NCBI GenBank assembly: GCA_023129415.1 | Contig: JAGMCF010000058.1 | Location: 22,336 to 86,335 of the forward strand | Length of the DNA: 64,000 bases | From: Candidatus Cloacimonadota bacterium | GTDB lineage: Bacteria; Cloacimonadota; Cloacimonadia; JGIOTU-2 | Reading direction: 5' to 3' | In this document: positions 46,470 through 57,000 of the stretch, in pieces | Layout of the letters: each line of letters opens with the position of its first letter | Position numbering within the stretch: position 1 is the first letter of the stretch | Notes under the pieces: model-generated | The model's input: the letters and a program-made list of their open reading frames with translations, nothing else | What the model was told of the DNA's origin: nothing | Database searches by the model: none | Made by a program: the position numbers and the translations under genes

Positions 46470-47753
46470 CTATTCATAAACAACTTTTAGCAATATTAAT
46501 TTACGATTGACATTAATCTTCTTGAGAATACCCTCAACTCCCTGATCATTAAAAGATGTTTTAAGATAACGATAAACTTTGGAGCTCTTATCATATTTTT
46601 CCGGATCACACCAGAGCAAATAATCAATAGTTTGACTGGTCACAATATTTTCCTTTGACTTTTTTGCAACTTCATCTACAGCATCCATAAATGCAAATTG
46701 AATATCTTCTACCTCTTCTTCATCAAAATCAGTAGAAATACTGACAATCAGTTTATACTGCATCCCTCTTTTAAGATCATCTTTCCAATAATTCATAATT
46801 CTTGATAGCACATTATTGATAGCATCACTCGTTGCTTCTTCAATTGAGACCATGATCTCGCCTTGTCTTGCTTGGCTATAACCTGTTTCAGCTCCAAGCA
46901 GTCGAGCAGTTGTGGTTTCAAAGGCTCGGACATTCATAGAGTATTTTTCAGTTCCATATCCCGTACTTTCAACAGCTCCACTAAATGTGATATAAACATC
47001 ACTTCCAATAGAAAGAGCCAATTGATATGCATAATCTTCTTCCTGGTCCCCGAGCATTTGTTGGGCTGCAGTTAATTCATCTAAATTGGCTTGCTGCTCT
47101 GGAACAATGATATCGTATTTCCGTGCAGTCAGGTAGCTTTCAATAACTGCAGCAGCATGCTTAACTTTAACATTATCCTGCAGAAGTTCAATGGGATTTT
47201 CTCCTTTTTTTGTTTCAGGAATGACCATAATAAAAGGATTGCCAATAATATCTACAAGGTCTGCTTTGGCTACCAGTATGCCTTGTGATACCAGGTCATT
47301 TGTTATTATTTCCTTATTGACCTTAAATTGCTTGGTGATTTTAATTCCTCTCCCATCATCAAATTTCACCTTTTTCAGAATCTGAGTTCCTTCCCATGAG
47401 ATATATCTGCTGACATTGGTCATATCAAAAAAGAAAGAAGCATTTTTCTCAAATTTTTCTCTTTCTTCAGGTGTACTTATTAATGGATCAGTTCCTCCAA
47501 GAAGAATAAGATAAACAGCGGTTTTCTTTGCATCCTGTATTGCTCTTTTCACACCATTTTTCTTGACATCCTTTTGTGCTTTCTTTTTCTTCTTTTCAGT
47601 TGATTTGTAAATCCCTGTTGCTTCTATTAACACCTCTGAAGATGAAACTGTCTCGATAAATGTGGCTTGTTTGGATTCCGGATATTGTGCAAACAAATCT
47701 GTTGAAAGAAAGCACACGAGAATCAGACATATTAGTTTTAGGTAAATTTTCAT
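46470..47753 (-). CDS. exported protein of unknown function (N-terminal region LPP20-like)
   Basis: Signal peptide ...STDLFAQ. The segment ATGIYKS..KKAQKDVKKNGVKRAIQDAKKTAVYLIL resembles the Ala/Lys helix of LPP20-type domains. It lies on the same strand as the flanking envelope genes. Confidence 0.45.
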   Translation of the reverse strand: MKIYLKLICLILVCFLSTDLFAQYPESKQATFIETVSSSEVLIEATGIYKSTEKKKKKAQKDVKKNGVKRAIQDAKKTAVYLILLGGTDPLISTPEEREKFEKNASFFFDMTNVSRYISWEGTQILKKVKFDDGRGIKITKQFKVNKEIITNDLVSQGILVAKADLVDIIGNPFIMVIPETKKGENPIELLQDNVKVKHAAAVIESYLTARKYDIIVPEQQANLDELTAAQQMLGDQEEDYAYQLALSIGSDVYITFSGAVESTGYGTEKYSMNVRAFETTTARLLGAETGYSQARQGEIMVSIEEATSDAINNVLSRIMNYWKDDLKRGMQYKLIVSISTDFDEEEVEDIQFAFMDAVDEVAKKSKENIVTSQTIDYLLWCDPEKYDKSSKVYRYLKTSFNDQGVEGILKKINVNRKLILLKVVYE

Positions 47754-47779
47754 ATTAGCTCCTTATTATATTAATTATT

Positions 47780-48040
47780 TATATGAGATCTGCAAAATTG
47801 CATTCTCATGTCATTCCAACCTGGCTACGGCTTGCCTGTCTCGGCTTGGCCGAGCCAAGACGGGCTTCGCCAAGACGAGACACTCACAGATGTCATTCCC
47901 GACCCCGATCGGGAATCCATATAGAGGGAAGACGCAGTAAAAGACAGGTTGTAAGGAATGGATTTTCACTGGAGTTTACACTCAACTTGATTGAGTGTGG
48001 GAATGACAAGTTAGGTGAATTTTCCATATTTTGCAGAATC
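47780..48040. mobile_element. MITE-like element, long form (261 bp) with nested GC-rich hairpins
   Basis: The ends match the 8776-8872 copy. Internal hairpins include attcccgaccccgatcgggaat. It lies ~25 nt upstream of the start of CDS 46470-47753. Confidence 0.7.
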
Positions 48041-48099
48041 CATTATTAATTATTTAGAAAAAGACCAGAGGAGTAATTCCTCTGATCTTTGTAAATTTT

Positions 48100-49797
48100 T
48101 TAATGTTTCTTTAACGGATCTAAAAATCCAAATAAATTAAATGGTAATGAACCAAGAGAATAATTTATTCCTGCACTAACTTTAAGCCCACCGAGGTTTA
48201 AATCAGGGAACAAGTCTTCAACCTCTGATCCGGTATGGGAGGTTTTAGATCCATTCCATTCATAAGTCACCTCTCTTGGTGTAAATCCGAGTTTATAGTT
48301 TGCCCCAAAATTAAAACTTAAATCTGGATTTATTAGATATTCAAAATCAGCACCAAAGTTAACTCCAAAAGCATTAACGGAATATTTATAATCATTTTCT
48401 GACCATTGCCCCGATAAATCAAACATATCAAACCCACCTGCAGCACTGATTCCAAGATTGCTTCTGCCAAACCATAATTTTTTAGTAAATCCTAAATATA
48501 TTTCAAAAATATATGCAGTTCCTTTTATATCCTCTTCAAATTCAGGTAAACCTACTCCAAGACCAATATCAAAATCTAAGAATGTTTGGCTAACCCCAAT
48601 AATTGGTGCAATGTTATAAGCAAAAGTAAGATTAGCTTCCGCGGCTGTTGTAAGATCCTCTTTAAGAATATTTTGATTTGCATAACTCAAATATGTATAA
48701 TCTTTGGGAATACTAATCTCTGTAATATAACCGAGTTTAATTCGCATATCTATACCTAATCTTGGATGCTCCATAACCACACCGCCAATATCCTGTCTTC
48801 CACCAAGCAATTGAACAGCTATTGTGTAATTTGTTGGATCTTCAATATTTTTACCAGTTTTTATTACACGAACGAAACCAACCCGTTTTGCAATTTCATT
48901 TCCTTCTTTATCTTCTTCAAATTCCATAAGATTGAAACCATCATCCAGATACACTCCTTCAAGAAATCCCAATGGGAATGAATATTTTCTGCCAATAACC
49001 TCAACAACTTGAGCCTGCAGTTTGAAAGCATTAATCTCTTTGGTCTTTACACCAAGGTTTTTTGCCCATACAAGGACTGCATCATACTGGGCATATTGGT
49101 CCTCTGTTGTTTCAAATACTTCCTTACCAAACTGAAATTTCCTGCTGCTTTTTGCTCCAATTGTTGCAGAACCAATTCCTTTAGTTTTTACACCAATCTC
49201 TTTCTTAACGGAAACATTGCCATCTTTATCTACTTTGACCTGATACCACAAAAGACCTCCATTAATATTTACAGAGATAGTCTTTTCCTTAACCTTTTTT
49301 TTCATAGAAGTTATATAGGGCAGGTAAATATAAGCTGAATTCATTAATGCTTCTAATTCTTTAACAGTCAGACCAATAGATTTTGCCTTTGTTGCTGCAA
49401 AGGTTTTCCATGCTGCTTCATCCTTAAGAGCTAATCCTCTATTTTTCTTCACATCAGGTGAATTAAGAATATCAATTATCTCTTTCACGACTGTATTTTC
49501 AAGAATCGCACCTATCTTATCAGGAGTAATTTCAGTTAAAGCTTTAGCTTGTTCATGAAAACTGGTCAGCAAATTGTCTGGTAATACATTATAATCAAAT
49601 CTTTCCACCTCAATATAATGTTCTACCATTATGTCAAAAAACTCATAATCGAATTTTACACCACCCTGTAAAGCACCAGGTTTAATCCAGACCGTCTCTA
49701 CTGAGCTGATAGATTTTCTTTGATATTTACCCTGTTGGGCAAAAAGAGTTGTAATGGATAATAAAATTAAAACCATACATAAAACAGACTTTTTCAT
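48100..49797 (-). CDS. exported protein with C-terminal beta-barrel-like region (putative outer-membrane protein)
   Basis: Signal peptide ...TLFAQQ. The C-terminal ~200 aa show alternating hydrophobic/Gly-rich strands (GISAAGGFDMFDL..FGVNFGADFEYLI..FNFGANYKLGF..GLKVSAGINYSL). Confidence 0.5.
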   Translation of the reverse strand: MKKSVLCMVLILLSITTLFAQQGKYQRKSISSVETVWIKPGALQGGVKFDYEFFDIMVEHYIEVERFDYNVLPDNLLTSFHEQAKALTEITPDKIGAILENTVVKEIIDILNSPDVKKNRGLALKDEAAWKTFAATKAKSIGLTVKELEALMNSAYIYLPYITSMKKKVKEKTISVNINGGLLWYQVKVDKDGNVSVKKEIGVKTKGIGSATIGAKSSRKFQFGKEVFETTEDQYAQYDAVLVWAKNLGVKTKEINAFKLQAQVVEVIGRKYSFPLGFLEGVYLDDGFNLMEFEEDKEGNEIAKRVGFVRVIKTGKNIEDPTNYTIAVQLLGGRQDIGGVVMEHPRLGIDMRIKLGYITEISIPKDYTYLSYANQNILKEDLTTAAEANLTFAYNIAPIIGVSQTFLDFDIGLGVGLPEFEEDIKGTAYIFEIYLGFTKKLWFGRSNLGISAAGGFDMFDLSGQWSENDYKYSVNAFGVNFGADFEYLINPDLSFNFGANYKLGFTPREVTYEWNGSKTSHTGSEVEDLFPDLNLGGLKVSAGINYSLGSLPFNLFGFLDPLKKH

Positions 49798-50145
49798 TTT
49801 ATCCTCCAGATTATTTTTGTTCGTGTCTGTCCGTAAAGTTGCCTTTCAGATCAACCATTGCGAAGGTCTTTAACCATTCGTAAGGTTTTGAGTTTACAGA
49901 CAAACTCTAATTAGATACTCATCTTTAGCATAAATAAATATTATACTGTCAAGGATTTTGATAATTTAGATTTCTAAAACTCCGAACCAAGTTTTACAAC
50001 CCGAAACTGGTTTCAACTTCTGTTACATTTCTACTTCCACCATTAATGAGCAGAGTTCCAGCTATATTGCCTTTATTAAATACTGTAATATAACCCACTC
50101 ATGCTCTTCACCTGTGTAATGAAATTCAATATTGCAATCGTTTTA

Positions 50146-51066
50146 TTAAAAATTAATCTGCACCCCAAATCTGTTAGTTGCTTCTGATTCTAATATGTCT
50201 TGAGAGAAAGCATAGTCTATTTGAAAACCTGTTATTCTAAAAGAAGCACCAAAATTTATATCTTCATCATTTATTCCAACTCGTAAGGCGAGAATATTAA
50301 ATAGCCATTTCTCAATTCCTGCATGGAAAATCATTTTTTCATTAGTTGTCTGAGAAATATCAAATGTAATAAGTAATGGATTATTCTTAATTTTTAATTC
50401 CAAAGCACTTCCAATTCTCATAGTTATCGGGATGTCCTCTTTAGTTGATGAATCTGTATTCCATTTAATATTTGAATCTATATCTTGAGCCATGAAACCA
50501 AGACGAATTGAATTCAATAAATTATTATTAAATCCAAACTTAATGAGAATACCTGCATCATATCCTAAACCTGTTGCTGTTCCATTTTGCAATGAATGTC
50601 GTAAATATTTTACCGTAAATCCTAAACCAAGAAATTTTCCAATACTTTTACATACTGCTAATGAAATTGCTGATTCAGAATCATCATATTTTTCAGTGAA
50701 ATTACCACATTCGTCCCTACCATAAATATCAAAAATTCCAAATTGATTTCCACTTATCGCAAATGTTACAATAGATTTTACAGGAATAATTAAACTTGCA
50801 TAATTGTGTATTCTATCTTGAGACATAAGAGAATACATTCCACCCAAAGTGAATGATTTTATCTGAAATAAACCACCTGGATTCCAATAAAGAGCGGAAA
50901 TATCATCTGCAACAGCTGTAAAAGAATTACCCAAACCTGCTGCACGAGCTCCAACAGGAATTCTTAAAAAAGCTCCAGCTTGCCCACCACTATAATCATC
51001 GGCAAATAAACTTCCAGACAGAATCCCTATTATAAATAATATAGTTAACAATTTATATTTCATCAT
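50146..51066 (-). CDS. PorV/PorQ-like (UPF0164-like) outer-membrane protein
   Basis: Signal peptide followed by GGQAGAFLRIPVGARAAGLGNSFTAVADDISALYWNPGGL, the hallmark N-terminal motif of this family. It lies 10 nt downstream of the giant T9SS-CTD gene. Confidence 0.6.
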   Translation of the reverse strand: MMKYKLLTILFIIGILSGSLFADDYSGGQAGAFLRIPVGARAAGLGNSFTAVADDISALYWNPGGLFQIKSFTLGGMYSLMSQDRIHNYASLIIPVKSIVTFAISGNQFGIFDIYGRDECGNFTEKYDDSESAISLAVCKSIGKFLGLGFTVKYLRHSLQNGTATGLGYDAGILIKFGFNNNLLNSIRLGFMAQDIDSNIKWNTDSSTKEDIPITMRIGSALELKIKNNPLLITFDISQTTNEKMIFHAGIEKWLFNILALRVGINDEDINFGASFRITGFQIDYAFSQDILESEATNRFGVQINF

Positions 51067-51076
51067 ACTCTCCTTT

Positions 51077-54000
51077 TTATCTTAAAATAGAAAATTTGTT
51101 AATATAATTTTCATTAGAATCTGATTTAACTACATAAAAATAAGTACCATTGGCAATATCCTTGCCACTTGCATTCTTCCCGTCCCAATTAATTTCAAAA
51201 ATTTCATTAGCTGTTTGAGAACCGCAATTAAGTTCAATAACAATTTGATTGGAAACATCATAGATTGTAATCGTATAATTTCCTGAAGTCTTTGGTGTAT
51301 AGTGAAAAGTACCATCATCTACCGATTCAGGATTATAGGGATTGGGATAGAAGCAGTTTTCAATTTCATAAGATGAAACTGTAATATAATCCATCTTTGT
51401 TTCGGTATCTGTAGAATCATTTTCATCGGTAACTATTAATGAAACTGTATGTGCTCCAGGATTCTGATATATATATGTTGGATTTTGATCATATGAATCG
51501 ATAGTACCATCATTCTGGAAATCCCATTGCCATTCAATAATTGATACTGTTCCGGGTATTGATAGGTCTGTAAAATTGACAGTGAGTGGCGCATTACCTG
51601 AGGTTGGGGTTGCTACAAAATCAGCAGTAGGGTTAGTTGTTGAGATTACAGTTATATAGTCCGTCTTTATTTCAGTATCTGTAGAATCATTTTCATCTGT
51701 AACTGTTAGTGATACTGTATATGTTCCAGGACTCTGATATATATGAATAGGATTTTGCACAGAGGAGCTATCTTCATCACCAAAATACCATTTCCATTCT
51801 ATAATTGCGCCTATTCCTTGAATAGATTGGTCCGTAAAATTAACTGTTAATGGAGCATATCCGGATGTTGTATCTGCTACAAAATTAGCAGTGGGGTTAG
51901 TTGTTGAGATTACAGTTATATAGTCTGTCTTTATTTCAGTATCCGTAGAATCGTATTCATCAGTAACTGTTAATGAAACTATATAAATTCCAGGATTCTG
52001 AAATATATGAATAGGATTTTGCACAGAGGAGCTATCTTCATCACCAAAATACCATTTCCATTCTATAATTGCGCTTGTTCCTTGAGTAGATTGGTCTGTA
52101 AAATTAACTGTTAACGGAGCATATCCAGATGTTGTGTCTGCTACAAAATTAGCAGTGGGAGTTATTGGATCTATAGTAATATAATCAATTTTGGTTTCAG
52201 TATCTGTAGAATCATGTTCATCAGTAACTATTAACGACACTGTATAAGTTCCAGGATTCTGATATATATAGGTTGGATTTTGATCATATGAATCGATAGT
52301 ACCATCGTTCTGGAAATCCCATTGCCATTCAATAATTGATACTGTTCCGGGTATTGATAGGTCTGTAAAATTGACAATGAGTGGTGAATTGCCTAAGGTT
52401 GGTATTGCTATAAAATTAGCAGTGGGGTTAGTTGTTGAGATTACAGTTATATAGTCTGTTTTTATTTCAGTATCAGTGGAATTGTATTCATCAATTACTG
52501 TTAATGAGACTGTATAAGTTCCTGGAATCTGATATATATAAGTAGGATTTTGCACAGATGAACTATCTCCATCACCGAAATACCATTTCCATTCTATAAT
52601 TGCGCCTGTTCCTTGAGTAGATTGGTCTGTAAAATTAACTGTTAACGGAGCATATCCGGAGGTTGTGTCTGCTACAAAATTAGCAGTGGGAGGTATTGGA
52701 TCTACAGTAATATAATCAATTTTTATTTCAGTATCTGTAGAATCATTTTCATCTGTAACTGTTAGTGATACTGTATATGTTCCAGGACTCTGATATATAT
52801 GAGTAGGACTTTGAACAGATGAACTATCACTATCACCAAAATACCACTTCCATTCTATAATTGCACCTGTTCCTTGAATAGATTGGTCTGTAAAATTAAC
52901 TGTTAATGGAGCATATCCAGATGTTGTGTCTGCTACAAAATTAGCAGTGGGGTTAGTTGTTGAGATTACAGTTATATAGTCTGTTTTTATTTCAGTATCT
53001 GTAGAATCATTTTCATCTGTAACTGTTAGTGAAACTGTATAAGTTCCAGGACTCTGATATATATGAGTGGGACTTTGAACAGATGAACTATCACTATCAC
53101 CGAAATACCACTTCCATTCTATAATTGCACCTGTTCCTTGAATAGATTGGTCTGTAAAATTGACTGTTAATGGAGCATATCCAGATGTTGTGTCTGCTAC
53201 AAAATTAGCAGTGGGGTTAGCTGTTGAGATTACAGTTATATAGTCTGTTTTTATTTCAGTATCAGTAGAATCATATTCATCAGTAACTGTTAATGATACT
53301 GTATATATTCCAGGATTATCATATATATGAGTAGGATTTTGGACAGATGAACTATCTCCATCACCGAAATACCATTTCCATTCTACAATTATGCCTGTTC
53401 CTTGAGTAGATTGGTCTGTAAAATTAACTGTTAATGGAGCATATCCAGATGTTGTATCTGCTACAAAATTAGCAGTGGGGTTAGTTATTGAGATTACAGT
53501 TATATAGTCTGTTTTTATTTCAGTATCTGTAGAATCATTTTCATCAGTAACTGTTAATGATACTGTATATATTCCAGGATTATCATATATATGAGTAGGA
53601 TTTTGAACAGATGAACTATCACTATCACCAAAATACCATTTCCATTCAATAATTGCTCCTGTTCCTTGAGTAGATTGGTCTGTAAAATTGACCGTTAGTG
53701 GTGCATATCCGGATGTTGTGTCTGCTACAAAATCAGCAGTGGGATTAGTTATTGAGATTACAGTTATATAGTCTGTTTTTATTTCAGTATCAGTAGAATC
53801 ATGTTCATCGGTAACTATTAATGAAACTGTATATATTCCAGGATTATCATATATATGAGTAGGATTTTGAACAGATGAACTATCACTATCACCAAAATAC
53901 CATTTCCATTCTACTATTGCACCTGTTCCTTGTGAAGATTGGTCTGTAAAATTAACTGTTAACGGAGCATTACCTGAAACAGGAGTAGCTGAGAAATTGG

Positions 54001-57000
54001 CATGTAAAGGAATTACATAGGGCCAATCCGTTGCAATCCAGGTTGGATCATTGACATCAGTATTTGGGGTTGAACCCAATTGTCCATCATTGCCATTTCC
54101 CGATAAATCAAAAGCTGTTTGTCCGATGCCTTCGTTCATGCGGTAATAGGCAACTAAGCTGTCTTCTGTACCTATCAGGTAAGTTTGCATGTTTGTCTGG
54201 ATTTCTGCTTGGGTGCGGGTAATGTTCCAAACACGAACTTCGTCGACAAGTCCACTAAAATAAAAACCGTCTCCTAATTCGTCACCCGTATCCAATTTCG
54301 TATGATTAATCATAGCGCCTATTGCATCATCGTTGATATGTTCAGAAATATCTACTGAAATAGGTGAATCTAATATAAAGTTTCCATCATAGTACATTTT
54401 GAAAAGGTGCGTATCCTGATTATCAAAAACACAGGAGACATGATGCCACTCATCTGGAGTTGTTGATGTACTTAACCAGATACCATCGAAACCATTGGTT
54501 TCTGACCAGGCACCCACCCAAATTTGCGAATCTCTAATGTAGATGTTTAGACCGTTAATGGGACCGCCCTCCTCATAGAGCATTTGAGTATCTTCCACGA
54601 TAGTAGCTTTATACCACAACTCCACCGTCCTTTCGCTGAATCCGTCATCAAAGGTCGGATTATTTCCCGTTATCGGATCGTCAAGGTAAACATAATCATC
54701 TGTGCCGTCAAACTGCAAGGCACGAGAGGTTTCTTCGCCTAAAACAGTTATATAGTCTGTTTTTATTTCAGTATCAGTAGAATCATTTTCATCAGTAACT
54801 GTTAATGATACTGTATATGTTCCAGGATTATCGTATATATGAGTAGGATTTTGAACAGATGAATCAATAGTGCCATCGTTCTGAAAATCCCATTGCCATT
54901 CAATAATTGATACTGTTCCTTGTATAGATTGGTCTGTAAAATTGACGCTGAGTGGTGCATTACCTGAGGTTGGGCTTGCGCTAAATTCTGCAACAAGAAC
55001 ATCGGCCAACCATGGTTCAAATAGAACTTCACCTTTTGCCGGATTTTCATCATCATCATAAATATGAGCATCAATGCTGTCTGCAATAGTATATTCCCAG
55101 ATATTATAAAAAGCATTGATAGTATTAGCAGTATTATTATATACTTGGAAATTTCCATCATCATTATTCTGAATAGTATTTAATCCCTTATCTGCAGGGT
55201 CATTAGCTCCAAGATCAGGAATACTATTGCTACCTGTTAAATATATTCCAGCGTCCGCATTATTTTCAATGAAACTTCCACGGATGATGGGTGAGGAATT
55301 ATTACAATATATACCCTCGCTACTATTCCTGAATGTGCTGTTATTAATATCAGGTGAACAATCTGTGGTCTTAAGAGCAGGATCATGAGAGTATTCACTA
55401 ATGCTGTTAATAAAATGGCCTGAGGTTGAATAATTAAAATGCACATTTGTCCGTGCATAACCCAAATATTTACCACCATAGCGGATAAGACACCAATCAA
55501 ATTCACCTATACCCTGGTTGTCAACGCCATAACCATCTAATTTAATTCCATCCCAATTCCCCGGAGCCGGAGTTGTGGCTGATCCATCGTTGTTTGTGTC
55601 TCCGCCATGTGTGTCATCCTTTAATGAAGTAAAAACCACATTATTACCAGAAGTTCCATTAACATCTAAAGTGCCATATACAGTGAGCCCTTGATTACTA
55701 CCAAATTTCATAACTGTTCCTTCTGCAATTGTTAAAGTATTATTCGCAGTCACAGTAATCCAATCATGAATAACATAAGGAAAATCTATTAAGTTTGTAA
55801 ATACGAAGCTTGTGTTTATTGTGCCTGATAGGGCAATGGCATTATAAGTGTTTCCGATACCTGTGTTTCCGGGTAAGGAAGTAAGATGGAGATTATTTAG
55901 ATATACGCCATAACCATCGTTATTGTTGAAAGTGTTGTATGTAATGGTCGGTGTGCAATCGCCTGTAATGTATAGTCCATCATCTCCGTTATCAGAAAAA
56001 GTGTTTTGAGTTATGGTGTCTGAATAGGTATTACAATATATACCCTGGCTGTTACTATTCCTGAATGTGCTGTTATTAATATCAGGTGAACAATGTGTGG
56101 TTTTAAGTGCAGAATAATTAGCGTATTCACTAATGCTGTTAATAAAATGACCTGAGTTTGAATAATTAAAATGCACATTTGTCCGTGCATAACCCAAATA
56201 TTTACCACCATAGCGGATAAGACACCAATCAAATTCACCTATACCCTGGTTGTCAACATGATAACCATCTAATGTAATTCCATCCCAATTCCCCGGAGCC
56301 GGAGTTGTGGCTGATCCATCGTTGTTTGTGTCTCCGCCATGTGTGTCATCTTTTAATGAAGTAAAGACCACCGGATCCGTTTCTGTTCCATTTAAATCTA
56401 AAGTGCCATATACAGTGAGCCCTTGGTTACTGCCAAATTTAATAATTGTCCCTTCAGCAATTGTTAAAGTATTATTCGCAGTCACAGTAATCCAATCATG
56501 AATAACATAAGGAAAATCTATTAAGTTTGTAAATTCAAAACTTGTATCTATTGTACCTGATAGGGCAATGGCATTATAGGTGTTTCCGATACCTGTGTTT
56601 CCGGGTAAGGAAGTAAGATGGAGATTATTTAGATATACGCCATAACCATCGTTATTGTTGAAAGTGTTGTATGTAATGGTCGGTGTGCAGTCGCCTGTAA
56701 TATATAATCCATCATCTCCGTTATCAGAAAAAGTGTTTTGAGTTATGGTGTCTGAATAGGTATTACAATATATACCCTGGCTGTTACTATTCCTGAATGT
56801 GCTGTTATTAATATCAGGTGAACAAAGTGTGGTTTTAAGTGCAGAATAATTAGCGTATTCACTAATGCTGTTAATAAAATGGCCTGAGGTTGAATAATTA
56901 AAATGCACATTTGTCCGTGCATAACCCAAATATTTACCACCATAGCGGATAAGACACCAATCAAATTCACCTATACCCTGGTTGACAACGCCATAACCAT

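Noticed and set aside
47783-48049. An 88-aa Arg/Pro-rich ORF
   Set aside because: It lies entirely inside the MITE-like element, and its composition reflects the GC-rich hairpins. It has no RBS and no coding periodicity.
49985-50145. A possible frameshifted gene remnant on the minus strand (..EFHYTGEEHEWVILQYLIK / GNIAGTLLINGGSRNVTEVETSFGL*)
   Set aside because: I could assign no family by eye. It is short and needs a frameshift, so I cannot distinguish it from chance.
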